Positions 9,935 through 19,136 of a stretch of 64,000 nucleotides of DNA are shown in pieces (within the stretch, counting starts at the first letter, position 1; every line of letters starts with the position of its first letter). The stretch lies in assembly GCA_029260875.1 (NCBI GenBank), contig JAJDCL010000009.1:103-64102 (forward strand). Reading direction: 5' to 3'. Position numbers and translations under genes: made by a program. The notes under the pieces are model-generated. The model saw nothing but the letters and a program-made list of their open reading frames with translations, had not been told where the DNA came from and did not search any database. The stretch is from Candidatus Saccharimonadota bacterium (GTDB taxonomy: Bacteria > Patescibacteriota > Saccharimonadia > Saccharimonadales > OFTM59).

Positions 9935-12900
9935 TTTGTTATTAATTAAATCCTCTTCAAATGCTGCGATACCGGCATAATCCGGGGTGTATTTGGATAT
10001 GTCTGGGAAATTCAGCGCTTTAACGTGTTGCCATACTGCTATTACGAGTTTGCTAAGCCGCGTTATTTCTTCTGCAGATGGGCTATACGACCTTGTGAAA
10101 TCGTTCGCTCTCTCTGCCTCTACATATATCATCCTGCCCTCTACAACCTTTCCACGAAAGCGAGCCGTGTTGTGAGTTAAAAGGGCATAAAAAGTCAACT
10201 GCGTTCGCTGTTTCCACGCGCGAATTACTTGGTTCTGGTCCTTTGTTTGAAAGCTGCTCAAGGGTCGACCGGTCTTATAGTCAACAACTACAATATGTTT
10301 ATCGTCCGGCAAGTCAATGCGGTCCAACTTGCCGCTGATGGTTGCAGGGCCAATTGTGACATCAGCTATGCGTTGTTCTGTAAGGCTGCCCGGTATTAGG
10401 CCTAATTTGTTTTCAATAAAAAGACTTTCTAGTAGCATTCTGCCTTGCTTTAGATACCTTTTAAACTCTTGTTCGGGTAGGTGTTCGTTTTTTAGGGCTG
10501 ATTCGTATGTCTGGAGTACCGTCGCCAAATCAAAAGAGTTTTTATTGACAAGCTTTTGTGCTTCTTCGAGCGCAGCATGGGTCGCTGTGCCGTGTGACAA
10601 AGACGCAGTTTTTACATCTGGCAAGCGCAAAATATTACGTTCAAAAAAGTAGTCGGGCCCGCCTTTTGTTACATCAAGAAAATTCAACAGACTCGTAACA
10701 CTTATAGAAAAATTTTCCAGCCGTGGCTTTAGTAGCGCGCTTTCATCCTTGGACTGAAGTCGCGGCCACCGCATCGTGTGTTCGAGCACTGTAACCGGAG
10801 GGTCAAGTCTTGATGGTGGGACTATCTTCGCCTCAACACTGGTGCGCACAAAGGGGGCCACTAATATTGGTTCGCCGATGTGGTTTTGGTAATAACTGCT
10901 AAAAACAAGCCTTCTCCTTGCTCTCGTAGACGCTACATACATTAGTCTTATGTAATCATCCATGTCATCACCGTAAGGCTGTAAAGGCAAATTCATGGGG
11001 GGCTTACGACCGCCGTTTCTGGGCTTCCAAATGTTTTCCATAGCATCCACAATGAATACGCTGTCAAATTCTAATCCCTTGGCTTTATGTACGGTCAGTA
11101 ACTGCACGGCGCTTTCGCTGCTTACAAACGGGGATTCATCAGCCAGAACCTTGTGGTTATTACGATTCAACTCAATAAAACGAACAAAATCCTGCAGGTT
11201 AGGGTCATTGTTGTGCGAAAATTCACTAACAAGTATGCGTAGCAAACGAATAGCAGATAACCCGTGCAAGTAATCATCATCAACTTCTTGTCTGGCAGCA
11301 AAGTATGGTTTGATTGGGCTGTCGCGATGTTCGCTTGCGCGCAGGCCGAGGAGGTATTCAATAGACAACTGAAGCGGCATATGAGGAGTTCTATGACCTA
11401 GCCAAAAGAACCATTGACCAATTGCTGCAAGTTTGGGGTTATCGCTTGATATCAAACTGTTGAGCCAATCAGGTTCGGCATAGTTAGTCACTGCAAGGTC
11501 CCACAAATCCTTAGGAGCGATTTCCCACATGGGGTGCAGCAAAGTCCTAGCGGTTTTTTCGTTTACGGCTTGTTTGTTTCCTGTTTTGATGGCAACAGCA
11601 AGCTCGGCCAGCAAGCACACCTGCTGGACAGCTTCATGGTCAAGAATATTGCTTTGTCGTTCGTACTGGACAGGCACTTTTAGTCTAAGAAGTATGCTGG
11701 CCAGTTGTTCCAAACTGTCATGGCTACGCGCAAGGATAGCTATCCTGCCCTGACCCTCAGCGCGAAGCTTGGCAACCTCTCTAGCAATACCCATTTGTTG
11801 ATGCTCAAGGGTTGGAAAGCTTAGATGTTTAACCGAGCTTTTCTGCCTTGGTTCATTTACGGCTGTCAGATTTTTATTCAAGCTTTTGTCTCGTTTCACC
11901 AATCTGTCTTCTGCTTGTTCTATGATTTTTTTCGATGCATCTAGTATTAATTGGCTTGAGCGGTAATTGTCTTTTAGCACTATCCTTTGTGTTGTAGGAT
12001 ACATGCGTTCAAATGACAAAAGATTATTAAGCTCGGCACCGTTAAATTTGTATATAGACTGATCGTCGTCCCCTACCGCCATAAGATTTGGTGCGCCGTC
12101 AGCTGCATTATGGTCAGCCACAAGGTGCGCTAGACGTAACTGTGCTGCGTTAGTGTCTTGGAATTCATCTATCAACACATACAAGTAACGCTCTTGTACG
12201 TTTGCCAGCATCTCAGGGCTGTTTTGTAGTTCTGTAATGACTTCTACTAGCATGTCGGCGTAATCATAGTAACCACGTCGTCGGAGTTCTGAACGATAAG
12301 TGTCATACACATCTGCCACGGCTAGCCACCATTGGTTGCGACGTCTTTCGTCAAACATACCCTTTTGGCCATCCACAATCTGCAATAAGCGCTTCTTCCA
12401 TTTGCCGGTGTTAACAGTTTTATTGGTATCTTGATCCATGCGGACCGCTTGTTCGAAAGATTGCTTTATAACACTCGTTAACGACAAGAGTGGTGCGGTT
12501 AGCTTGTCTGTGGGTTGGTCCGGTAAATCATGAATTTGCTCCGCAAGCTTACCGAGGTTTTTGTATGATAACGGCGCATCAAGTGTAGTAATTAGCTTTG
12601 GTTCAAGCGCCTCAATAAATGCAATATTGGCCTTAATTAATGCTTTGAGTCGGCCAGGTGTGAGGCCGGCTTCCTTGGCTAGCTTTAAAGCTTCCTGTAC
12701 AGCGCCAATTGCCGTATATTCACCGGCAAATTTTAGTGCCAGCGGGTTATCAAGTGGCAGTTCGCGCAGAATTGTCTCTACGATTTCAAGCTGAACCGCA
12801 TCTGGAGCAGTTGCCAGCCGTGCGCCACTCCAAAAATGATCAGGGTATTGATTCATTAGCTCTGCAGCAAAGCTGTGGAATGTCTTAGCAGAAACATCAC

Positions 12901-13147
12901 GGGCGGTCGGTCCAATAAGCGAAACTAGTCTTTCGCGCATGTTTGTCGCAGCTTTGTTGGTAAAAGTCAGGCAAAGTATGTTGGCCGCTGCCGTATCTGT
13001 TTTTTTCAAAATATTAGCGACGCGCATACTGAGTAGCTGGGTCTTGCCAGTACCTGGCCCGGCTATGACGAGTACTGGCCCGTCAATTACTGTGACGGCG
13101 CGTTTTTGCTCAGGGTTCAACCTTGAGTATTCTTTATCAAAACTCAT
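9929..13147 (-). CDS. UvrD/AddA-like SF1 helicase with a C-terminal PD-(D/E)xK (RecB-type) nuclease
   Basis: Helicase motifs AGPGTGKT, LIDEFQDT, VGDDDQSIY, VHKAKGLEFD and YVASTRARRRL. The C-terminal GKLDRID...VVVDYKTG is the nuclease signature. Confidence 0.88.
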   Translation of the reverse strand: MSFDKEYSRLNPEQKRAVTVIDGPVLVIAGPGTGKTQLLSMRVANILKKTDTAAANILCLTFTNKAATNMRERLVSLIGPTARDVSAKTFHSFAAELMNQYPDHFWSGARLATAPDAVQLEIVETILRELPLDNPLALKFAGEYTAIGAVQEALKLAKEAGLTPGRLKALIKANIAFIEALEPKLITTLDAPLSYKNLGKLAEQIHDLPDQPTDKLTAPLLSLTSVIKQSFEQAVRMDQDTNKTVNTGKWKKRLLQIVDGQKGMFDERRRNQWWLAVADVYDTYRSELRRRGYYDYADMLVEVITELQNSPEMLANVQERYLYVLIDEFQDTNAAQLRLAHLVADHNAADGAPNLMAVGDDDQSIYKFNGAELNNLLSFERMYPTTQRIVLKDNYRSSQLILDASKKIIEQAEDRLVKRDKSLNKNLTAVNEPRQKSSVKHLSFPTLEHQQMGIAREVAKLRAEGQGRIAILARSHDSLEQLASILLRLKVPVQYERQSNILDHEAVQQVCLLAELAVAIKTGNKQAVNEKTARTLLHPMWEIAPKDLWDLAVTNYAEPDWLNSLISSDNPKLAAIGQWFFWLGHRTPHMPLQLSIEYLLGLRASEHRDSPIKPYFAARQEVDDDYLHGLSAIRLLRILVSEFSHNNDPNLQDFVRFIELNRNNHKVLADESPFVSSESAVQLLTVHKAKGLEFDSVFIVDAMENIWKPRNGGRKPPMNLPLQPYGDDMDDYIRLMYVASTRARRRLVFSSYYQNHIGEPILVAPFVRTSVEAKIVPPSRLDPPVTVLEHTMRWPRLQSKDESALLKPRLENFSISVTSLLNFLDVTKGGPDYFFERNILRLPDVKTASLSHGTATHAALEEAQKLVNKNSFDLATVLQTYESALKNEHLPEQEFKRYLKQGRMLLESLFIENKLGLIPGSLTEQRIADVTIGPATISGKLDRIDLPDDKHIVVVDYKTGRPLSSFQTKDQNQVIRAWKQRTQLTFYALLTHNTARFRGKVVEGRMIYVEAERANDFTRSYSPSAEEITRLSKLVIAVWQHVKALNFPDISKYTPDYAGIAAFEEDLINNKI

Positions 13148-13229
13148 CCCACTATTGTAACCTGTTGCTTTACTAGTTGCACAAGTTGGCTGCCGGGTTT
13201 ATTCTGAAATAATAAGCGGAAGATCTACA

Positions 13230-13757
13230 ATGAGGCTATTGCAGGGTATTGAAAAGCAAGTGCGCGAACAATATAAGGGCATGCCGACATTGTCCAAGCA
13301 GTCTAAAAAGGCTTTAGTAACGGCTTGGCCACTTATAGCACTAGCTTTGGGTGTGCTGCAGCTCGTTGCGGCATATTGGCTTTATGAGTCTGCTCAAGTT
13401 GCAGGTGTGTTTAGTGATTTAGCTCAGTCCCTTTCGGCCCATTATGTGGGCAATGACACGGGGCTTACGGCTACTGACAAGGTTACAATGTATTTAGGCG
13501 TGGCGCTGCTTGTGGTGGACGGAATAGCCTTGCTGGTGTCGTATCCATACCTGAGACGTCGTCTGAAGCGTGGCTGGTACCTGCTGTTTTTTGGCATTCT
13601 CATAAATACAGTTTATGCGATTATGACTGGCTTTTGGGCGCGGCAAGTTGGCTTTGGCCCATTAATACTTGGGTTTTTTGGTTCGGTAGCCAGCTTCTAC
13701 CTGTTATTCCAAATAAAAGATTATTATGTGACGACCACCGCTCACAAGATGACCTAG
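13230..13757 (+). CDS. hypothetical membrane protein (175 aa, ~4 TM)
   Basis: Hydrophobic segments only; no other motif. Confidence 0.6.
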   Translation: MRLLQGIEKQVREQYKGMPTLSKQSKKALVTAWPLIALALGVLQLVAAYWLYESAQVAGVFSDLAQSLSAHYVGNDTGLTATDKVTMYLGVALLVVDGIALLVSYPYLRRRLKRGWYLLFFGILINTVYAIMTGFWARQVGFGPLILGFFGSVASFYLLFQIKDYYVTTTAHKMT

Positions 13758-13836
13758 GTATGGTTACTAATCGCGTATCTTTAGCTCTTTTACTAAATAT
13801 TGTACAATTTAGTGACCGTAACTAGGTCATTAATAA

Positions 13837-14505
13837 TTGAAAACTTTCCAAGAATTTCTTGAACGTTACCACGTGAAGTCCTATGCAAGAGGCGAGCTCA
13901 TACTTGTTCAGGGTGAAGTGCCCCCTTGCGCCTATGTTATAAAAAAGGGTGTCATAAAGACCTACAACCTTACAGCAAAGGGTGAAGAGAAGCCAATTAC
14001 ATATGATGTGGTAATGGAAAGTTTCCCTATCGGATGGATTTTCTCTAGGACTGAAGAGTCACAGTTCTTCTATGATGCATATACAGATGTTGAACTGTAC
14101 TGCGTCCCCCGCTCTGATTACTGCCAGTTTTTAAAGGATAATGTAGAGGTTCTTTACGAAGCGCATAAATTTTGGATAAACAGGTTATTGAACATGCAGA
14201 CAAGGGTGAATGCGCTTGAGCAGTCCAAAGCCCCCTCAAAAGTTGTCAATACACTTCACTATTTATGTTTGCGCTACGGCAAAGACGTTAAAGATAACGT
14301 AGTGCGTATTGATCTACCATTAACGCAGCAAGAGCTAGCAAACTTTATGGGCTTGACCCGCGAGACAACTGGTATTGAGCTGAAAAAACTGCAAAGAAGT
14401 GGCGTTCTAAACTATAAACGACAGAACTATATTGTTAATACCGACAAGCTTAATGACCTGCTCGACGAAGACTACTCCCAGGCAAAGCTAGTTGATGAGG
14501 CCTGA
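13837..14505 (+). CDS. Crp/Fnr-family transcriptional regulator
   Basis: N-terminal cNMP-binding-like barrel, and a C-terminal HTH (NFMGLTRETTGIELKKLQRSG) that resembles E. coli CRP RETVGR. TTG start. Confidence 0.85.
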   Translation: MKTFQEFLERYHVKSYARGELILVQGEVPPCAYVIKKGVIKTYNLTAKGEEKPITYDVVMESFPIGWIFSRTEESQFFYDAYTDVELYCVPRSDYCQFLKDNVEVLYEAHKFWINRLLNMQTRVNALEQSKAPSKVVNTLHYLCLRYGKDVKDNVVRIDLPLTQQELANFMGLTRETTGIELKKLQRSGVLNYKRQNYIVNTDKLNDLLDEDYSQAKLVDEA

Positions 14506-14549
14506 ATATGACCCGACAAAGTTTTTAACAGATTTAATACAAACTCAGA

Positions 14550-14699
14550 CTAAACAAGTTGTTGCTTTAAGCGACGCCACCTCTTAGCGCGCAACTTCTC
14601 GGCCTTGAGCTTCCAGTCCCGACTGATATCTCCATAGAGTTCATCAAAACTTAGATCGGCTACCCTAGTTGGCTGATGAAGTATTTTATTTCTGCTCAT
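14550..14699 (-). CDS. small ORF A (49 aa), paralogue of small ORF B
   Basis: Not in the ORF track because it is under 60 aa. GGAGG SD lies 4 nt before the ATG. Sequence: MSRNKILHQPTRVADLSFDELYGDISRDWKLKAEKLRAKRWRRLKQQLV. It aligns with the ORF at 18896-19054. Confidence 0.6.
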   Translation of the reverse strand: MSRNKILHQPTRVADLSFDELYGDISRDWKLKAEKLRAKRWRRLKQQLV

Positions 14700-14819
14700 A
14701 CGACCTCCTATACAAATTGCTTATTTGTGATAAAAGCATAAACCCTATATAAAACTTTTGCAGCGGGAAAATTCACAAATGTGCTGTATGGCTGTTCAAT
14801 ATGGACGCCGAGCTCAGCC

Positions 14820-15209
14820 TTATTTGCGGGTTCGGGCAAGATCCTTACCGACTAGGTGGTTAACGATCAAGGATAACTCGTCTGGCTTTGCATGTGCCTT
14901 AACGATATATTTATACGCACCTAGCTTTATGGCTTTTTCAACCTTTTTTTCGTCGCCAAGATTGCTCAATACGACTATAGCGACACCTTTAAGACTATTT
15001 TTTGACCTGTAAGCCTCTAGGAATTCAATTCCATCCATCTCTGGCATGAGTAGGTCAAGCAAAATAATCTTCGGCTTGTGCAATGCAGCTTTTTCAAGCC
15101 CCTTTTTACCGTTATGAGCTACAACTACTTTATGGCCATGCTTTTCAAGAATCAACTTGTAGGCGTCGCTCAGAAGTTTGTCATCTTCAATAATCAGTAT
15201 TTTGGCCAT
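14820..15209 (-). CDS. single-domain response regulator (receiver only)
   Basis: CheY-like receiver with IIEDD, LLDLLMPEMDG and a conserved K in KYIVK. No output domain. Confidence 0.9.
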   Translation of the reverse strand: MAKILIIEDDKLLSDAYKLILEKHGHKVVVAHNGKKGLEKAALHKPKIILLDLLMPEMDGIEFLEAYRSKNSLKGVAIVVLSNLGDEKKVEKAIKLGAYKYIVKAHAKPDELSLIVNHLVGKDLARTRK

Positions 15210-15255
15210 GCTGCTCCTCTTATTCTAGACTATACTATAATGACATAAAATTTCA

Positions 15256-16422
15256 TTACGTTTGTAAGAATTCATCTATTTTGGTAGAAAGCTTATCGTC
15301 AGAAGCGGTTATTGGTACAGAAAAATAAAACGTACTCCCTGTGTTTTCGCGACTTTCAAACCACACCTTACCTCCGATGCTGTTCGCGATTAGCTTAACC
15401 ATATATAGGCCTAGCCCTGTCCCAAACGTTTCTTTTTGCATGACATTCCCTGCCCGAAAAAACTTGCTGAACATATTGGACTGGCTTTCTTTCGGTATGC
15501 CATAGCCTGTGTCGCTAACTTTTAAAATAACATTTTTGCCTTTTTTAGATAATGCGACGCTGATCGTACCTTTGGGCGGAGTGTACTTAATTGCGTTAGA
15601 CAGTAAATTAGAAAAAACTTCTTTTAGTAGCAGCGGGTCAGCCGTAATCATCAATGGTTCAGATGGTAAATCTACGCTCAGCTTTATTTTTTTATCCACT
15701 GCCACTTGGTCAAATTCCTTCGTTATAGAATTTATAATTGCATTATAGTCTACGCTTGATGGGTTTATTTGGAGTTGACCTGTTTCAATACGGGATATAT
15801 CAAGCAGTGTCGTAATAAGATCGTTCATGCGATCAATAGACAGTAAAATAATCTGCATAAAGTCTTTCTGTTTTTCTAGTAGATCTCCGGCATAGCCGTC
15901 GTACAACATTCTTGAATAGGTGTTAATGGCGCTTAAAGGCGTACGAAGCTGGTGCGAAGCTATAGATATAAACTCGCTTTTCATGCGATCTACTTGGTGT
16001 TCCTGGGTTATGTCCCGAAAAGTTTCAACCGCCCCTATGGGCTTACCGTTCTGCAAAATAGGCGAAACCGTAACAAAAACCGGAAGTCGCGGGTCCTTTC
16101 TTGTGCGGTAATATGTGCGCTCTGAAATAGTGCGACCGCTTAAAAATGCCCGAGTTATTGGGCGGTCAATTGGCGGTACAACAGTATTGGCTTGTGTTAC
16201 CGCCACAACAATATCAGGGAACCATTTGCCAAGCGCTCGTTTTTCCGTTAGCCCCAGTATATTAAGAGCTGTCTTATTGATGCGATATATAACACCATGC
16301 TCATCTGTCGCAATGGCGCCTTCGCCCATACTGGCAAACAGCGCCTCGGTCTTGGCCTTCTCTTGTACAGCACGAAGTGTACTATCCTGAAGTTCTTTTA
16401 GTAGTTCGCTTAAGTCAAGCAT
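15256..16422 (-). CDS. cytoplasmic PAS-domain sensor histidine kinase
   Basis: H-box SHQLRTPLSAI, N-box LLSNAIKYTP, G1 DTGYGIP and G2 GTGLGLY. No TM segment. Confidence 0.92.
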   Translation of the reverse strand: MLDLSELLKELQDSTLRAVQEKAKTEALFASMGEGAIATDEHGVIYRINKTALNILGLTEKRALGKWFPDIVVAVTQANTVVPPIDRPITRAFLSGRTISERTYYRTRKDPRLPVFVTVSPILQNGKPIGAVETFRDITQEHQVDRMKSEFISIASHQLRTPLSAINTYSRMLYDGYAGDLLEKQKDFMQIILLSIDRMNDLITTLLDISRIETGQLQINPSSVDYNAIINSITKEFDQVAVDKKIKLSVDLPSEPLMITADPLLLKEVFSNLLSNAIKYTPPKGTISVALSKKGKNVILKVSDTGYGIPKESQSNMFSKFFRAGNVMQKETFGTGLGLYMVKLIANSIGGKVWFESRENTGSTFYFSVPITASDDKLSTKIDEFLQT

Positions 16423-16433
16423 GGCTGTTAAAT

Positions 16434-17546
16434 TTATCTGCTCTGAGCCTTAGGAGGTGTTCTTTTTGTGCTATTTTCTCCATCTATAATGTCAGCCAAA
16501 ATTGCATTGATCTTGCTTGTGGCATCGTTCATCTGCGCTTGCAAATCTTTGCGCAGTTCCATGTTGCGCATTGCCTGTATTTTAGCCTGATTTAGCTCGC
16601 CAGCTTGTTTGATAACAGCTTGCTCGGAACGAATACGGCCATACACAGCAACAGAAAGCACCAAAGCCGTCAGCATAATGATTAGTAAAAAGAAGTGCAG
16701 TGCAAAAAGATTATGAAAAGTTACGTCACTATATGCATAGGGCCCGGTGCCTGCTAAGGTCCCCCATATAGCAGAGATAGCGATAACCATACCAGCTGTA
16801 ACTGCGCCGATTTGAGTAAAGCGTACCGCCGCTAAAATAATCAACGGGAACAGCACATAGATGAATGGCAAAGTCGACTCCGGGGATTGTGGTGGCTGTG
16901 TAAATATTAGCAGACTAACCATTATTACTATCAGCAGCAGCGCAAGTGCTTCGTAGACGTGGCCTGACAGTGCTTCTCTGTACGCTTGTGTACGCCATGC
17001 AACTATAAAAGGCACTATAAGAAAGGCCCCCATGAGATCACCAATCCACCAAGTAATCCACGCTTCTCCAAGGTTGGCCGATACAACTACGCCACTCAGC
17101 ACTAAACTCCCGGCCCCGACTGTTGCGGCAATGATAGAGCTAAGAATCGGCGCTAAAACAACAAACATAACAGAGCCGGTTATAGATTCAAGAATCTCGC
17201 CATTCAGGATGAAGCGCCTAACTAGAAACACAGCTGTTACCGCCTCCAGTGTGTTACCTAGCGCAATTCCTGTAGCAACTGATGGTGAGACGCCCATCAA
17301 AGAGTTGATCATAAACGCTCCCACAAAAATACTGGGCCAATAATGATATCCCCACAACAGTAGCGCAGTCATCGCTATGCCACTAGGAGGCCAAATTGCG
17401 GTTATGTGATCAAAATTTTGAGAAAGTGAAAATCCAAGTCTGGCGGCTAAAATATAAACTACAGACAGGAATAATAGTTTTACTAAATAGGGCTTTACCC
17501 CCTCCTCTTTAATTGCGCGCTCAAAGGCGATAAGTGTAGAGTCCAT
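16434..17546 (-). CDS. polytopic membrane sensor-like protein (MASE1-like) with a C-terminal coiled coil and no output domain
   Basis: About 8-9 TM segments in a MASE1-like layout (family call from memory). Ends 11 nt before the kinase start codon. Confidence 0.55.
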   Translation of the reverse strand: MDSTLIAFERAIKEEGVKPYLVKLLFLSVVYILAARLGFSLSQNFDHITAIWPPSGIAMTALLLWGYHYWPSIFVGAFMINSLMGVSPSVATGIALGNTLEAVTAVFLVRRFILNGEILESITGSVMFVVLAPILSSIIAATVGAGSLVLSGVVVSANLGEAWITWWIGDLMGAFLIVPFIVAWRTQAYREALSGHVYEALALLLIVIMVSLLIFTQPPQSPESTLPFIYVLFPLIILAAVRFTQIGAVTAGMVIAISAIWGTLAGTGPYAYSDVTFHNLFALHFFLLIIMLTALVLSVAVYGRIRSEQAVIKQAGELNQAKIQAMRNMELRKDLQAQMNDATSKINAILADIIDGENSTKRTPPKAQSR

Positions 17547-17551
17547 TTTAT

Positions 17552-17812
17552 TTATGTCGTCCCATTATTGGCAAGGCTCATCAGGCGGTTTACGTAATTA
17601 TTGACAATCTGCTTATCGTTGGTTAGTAGTGCCATTGATACTCTACTCCAGGCTGCCAAAGTTTTTAGGTCACTTTTAGTAAGTTCTTCCGGAGCTTTGC
17701 TAAGATGGCTGTCAATTTGCCTGTCTACGAATCGACGAGCCGCGGGGCCAAGGTAGTCTGTCGTGACAGCAAGCACATCCTGGTATAGCGAATTCGCCTT
17801 TATCATGCTCAA
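17552..17812 (-). CDS. hypothetical protein (86 aa)
   Basis: ATGA overlap with the upstream membrane-protein gene, and lies in the sensory operon. Confidence 0.6.
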   Translation of the reverse strand: MSMIKANSLYQDVLAVTTDYLGPAARRFVDRQIDSHLSKAPEELTKSDLKTLAAWSRVSMALLTNDKQIVNNYVNRLMSLANNGTT

Positions 17813-18771
17813 ACTTCCTCGATCTTCTTAAGCTTTTCGGCGCCCTTTGCGATGAGCCCGTAGCCGATAGCAATAAATATGAGCAGGCAGTAAATTATTG
17901 CCAGAAGATACTGCAGGGTCCATGCTTCAACGATTGTGTTAAGCGATGCCATGTAGCGCATGGCTACTCGGGACAAAACAACAAACACAATACCAGCTGC
18001 AAGATACGCTAGAGCCTTTTTGTAGATAATGCCCTGTACGCTTTTTCTGTAAATGCGTATAAAGTAGGCCGCGTGAAGGCCCATGTACCAAATTATTAAA
18101 TATGGCAAAACTACGGTAAAGAGTAGAAGAAAGTCGGGCAAATAATAAGCTGCGTGGCCACCTTCCGCTGCCGGAAATTGTCGTACGGGATTTGTGAAGG
18201 TTAAATATGTGTAAGAAGTCCCGATTAAAGCTAGTACGATCATTACTAAGTATGGCGGTGCTGTTTTATTATTGCTCTTTGTGGTGGTTTTCATTAATCT
18301 TTGTGACCCGGTGTATATAAGCCCTACTGCGACTAGCCCAGCTATAATATCTATATAATTAACGATTATCGTGCTGGTAGCAGCAAGATGCGGCTGTAAA
18401 TCTTCCGCAAGGCTGACTAACCTGTTGCCGATGGCTCGTAAGGGGAGCCCCACAGCGAGTACAAAAAGCCCATTGGCTATTGTTGACAAGGACTTCCCGT
18501 GACTACTCTTCCTGATCAGGTGAGAATACGTTTTAAGTCGAACAAAACCAAATATGGCAAAAAACCAAATAACAATGTAAGGCAAAGTCACAGTGAGTCT
18601 TAGGTTGCGAGCTTCGGAAGACGTAAGGTCGTATCGTGTCAAAATATCTGTATCTGTCGGCGCCCAAAGTGTAAGTGCAACATAAACCAAAGTAAAAATT
18701 CCAAACAGAAAATAAGCTGCCCCAGGCCTTATAATTTTAGACATATACCTCTGTATCATTTTAAATAACAC
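17809..18771 (-). CDS. hypothetical polytopic membrane protein (320 aa)
   Basis: About 8 hydrophobic helices. First large gene of the minus-strand sensory operon. Confidence 0.7.
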   Translation of the reverse strand: MLFKMIQRYMSKIIRPGAAYFLFGIFTLVYVALTLWAPTDTDILTRYDLTSSEARNLRLTVTLPYIVIWFFAIFGFVRLKTYSHLIRKSSHGKSLSTIANGLFVLAVGLPLRAIGNRLVSLAEDLQPHLAATSTIIVNYIDIIAGLVAVGLIYTGSQRLMKTTTKSNNKTAPPYLVMIVLALIGTSYTYLTFTNPVRQFPAAEGGHAAYYLPDFLLLFTVVLPYLIIWYMGLHAAYFIRIYRKSVQGIIYKKALAYLAAGIVFVVLSRVAMRYMASLNTIVEAWTLQYLLAIIYCLLIFIAIGYGLIAKGAEKLKKIEEV

Positions 18772-18895
18772 GGCAAATTATAATATGAAATAAGTACTAA
18801 GGATAGTGGTCTATGGCTTCTTTCTGTGACGCGAATTTGCATAAAATTGTACACTGTAATCAACTCGTTGGTTGGGTGTGATTGCCTAGCTTGAA

Positions 18896-19054
18896 TCATC
18901 CCTTAATGTAAGCAAGTTTTCGTTGTAGTTGCTTCCACCTACGGGTGCGTAAATCCACAGCTCTTTTCTCCCAATCTGCAGCAAAAGTTTCATAGAACTC
19001 AACAAAACTTGTGTCTATGATTAATGGCTTAGAAAGCACGTTCTTGTTGCTCAT
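18896..19054 (-). CDS. small ORF B (52 aa), paralogue of small ORF A
   Basis: Not in the ORF track. GGAGGGG SD lies 3 nt before the ATG. Sequence: MSNKNVLSKPLIIDTSFVEFYETFAADWEKRAVDLRTRRWKQLQRKLAYIKG. Confidence 0.6.
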   Translation of the reverse strand: MSNKNVLSKPLIIDTSFVEFYETFAADWEKRAVDLRTRRWKQLQRKLAYIKG

Positions 19055-19136
19055 TTACCCCTCCACTTACTCTTTGAGTATAAATATAATGGAAGCAAGG
19101 CCCTCGCACAGTGAGTTTTCTCGCAAATCTAGGAGT

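Noticed and set aside
13799-13808. ATTGTACAAT palindrome upstream of the Crp-family gene, and AATTGTACA again at ~18846 upstream of the sensory operon, considered as a shared operator.
   Set aside because: An 8-mer is expected about twice by chance in 64 kb on two strands, and there is no extended similarity around the core.
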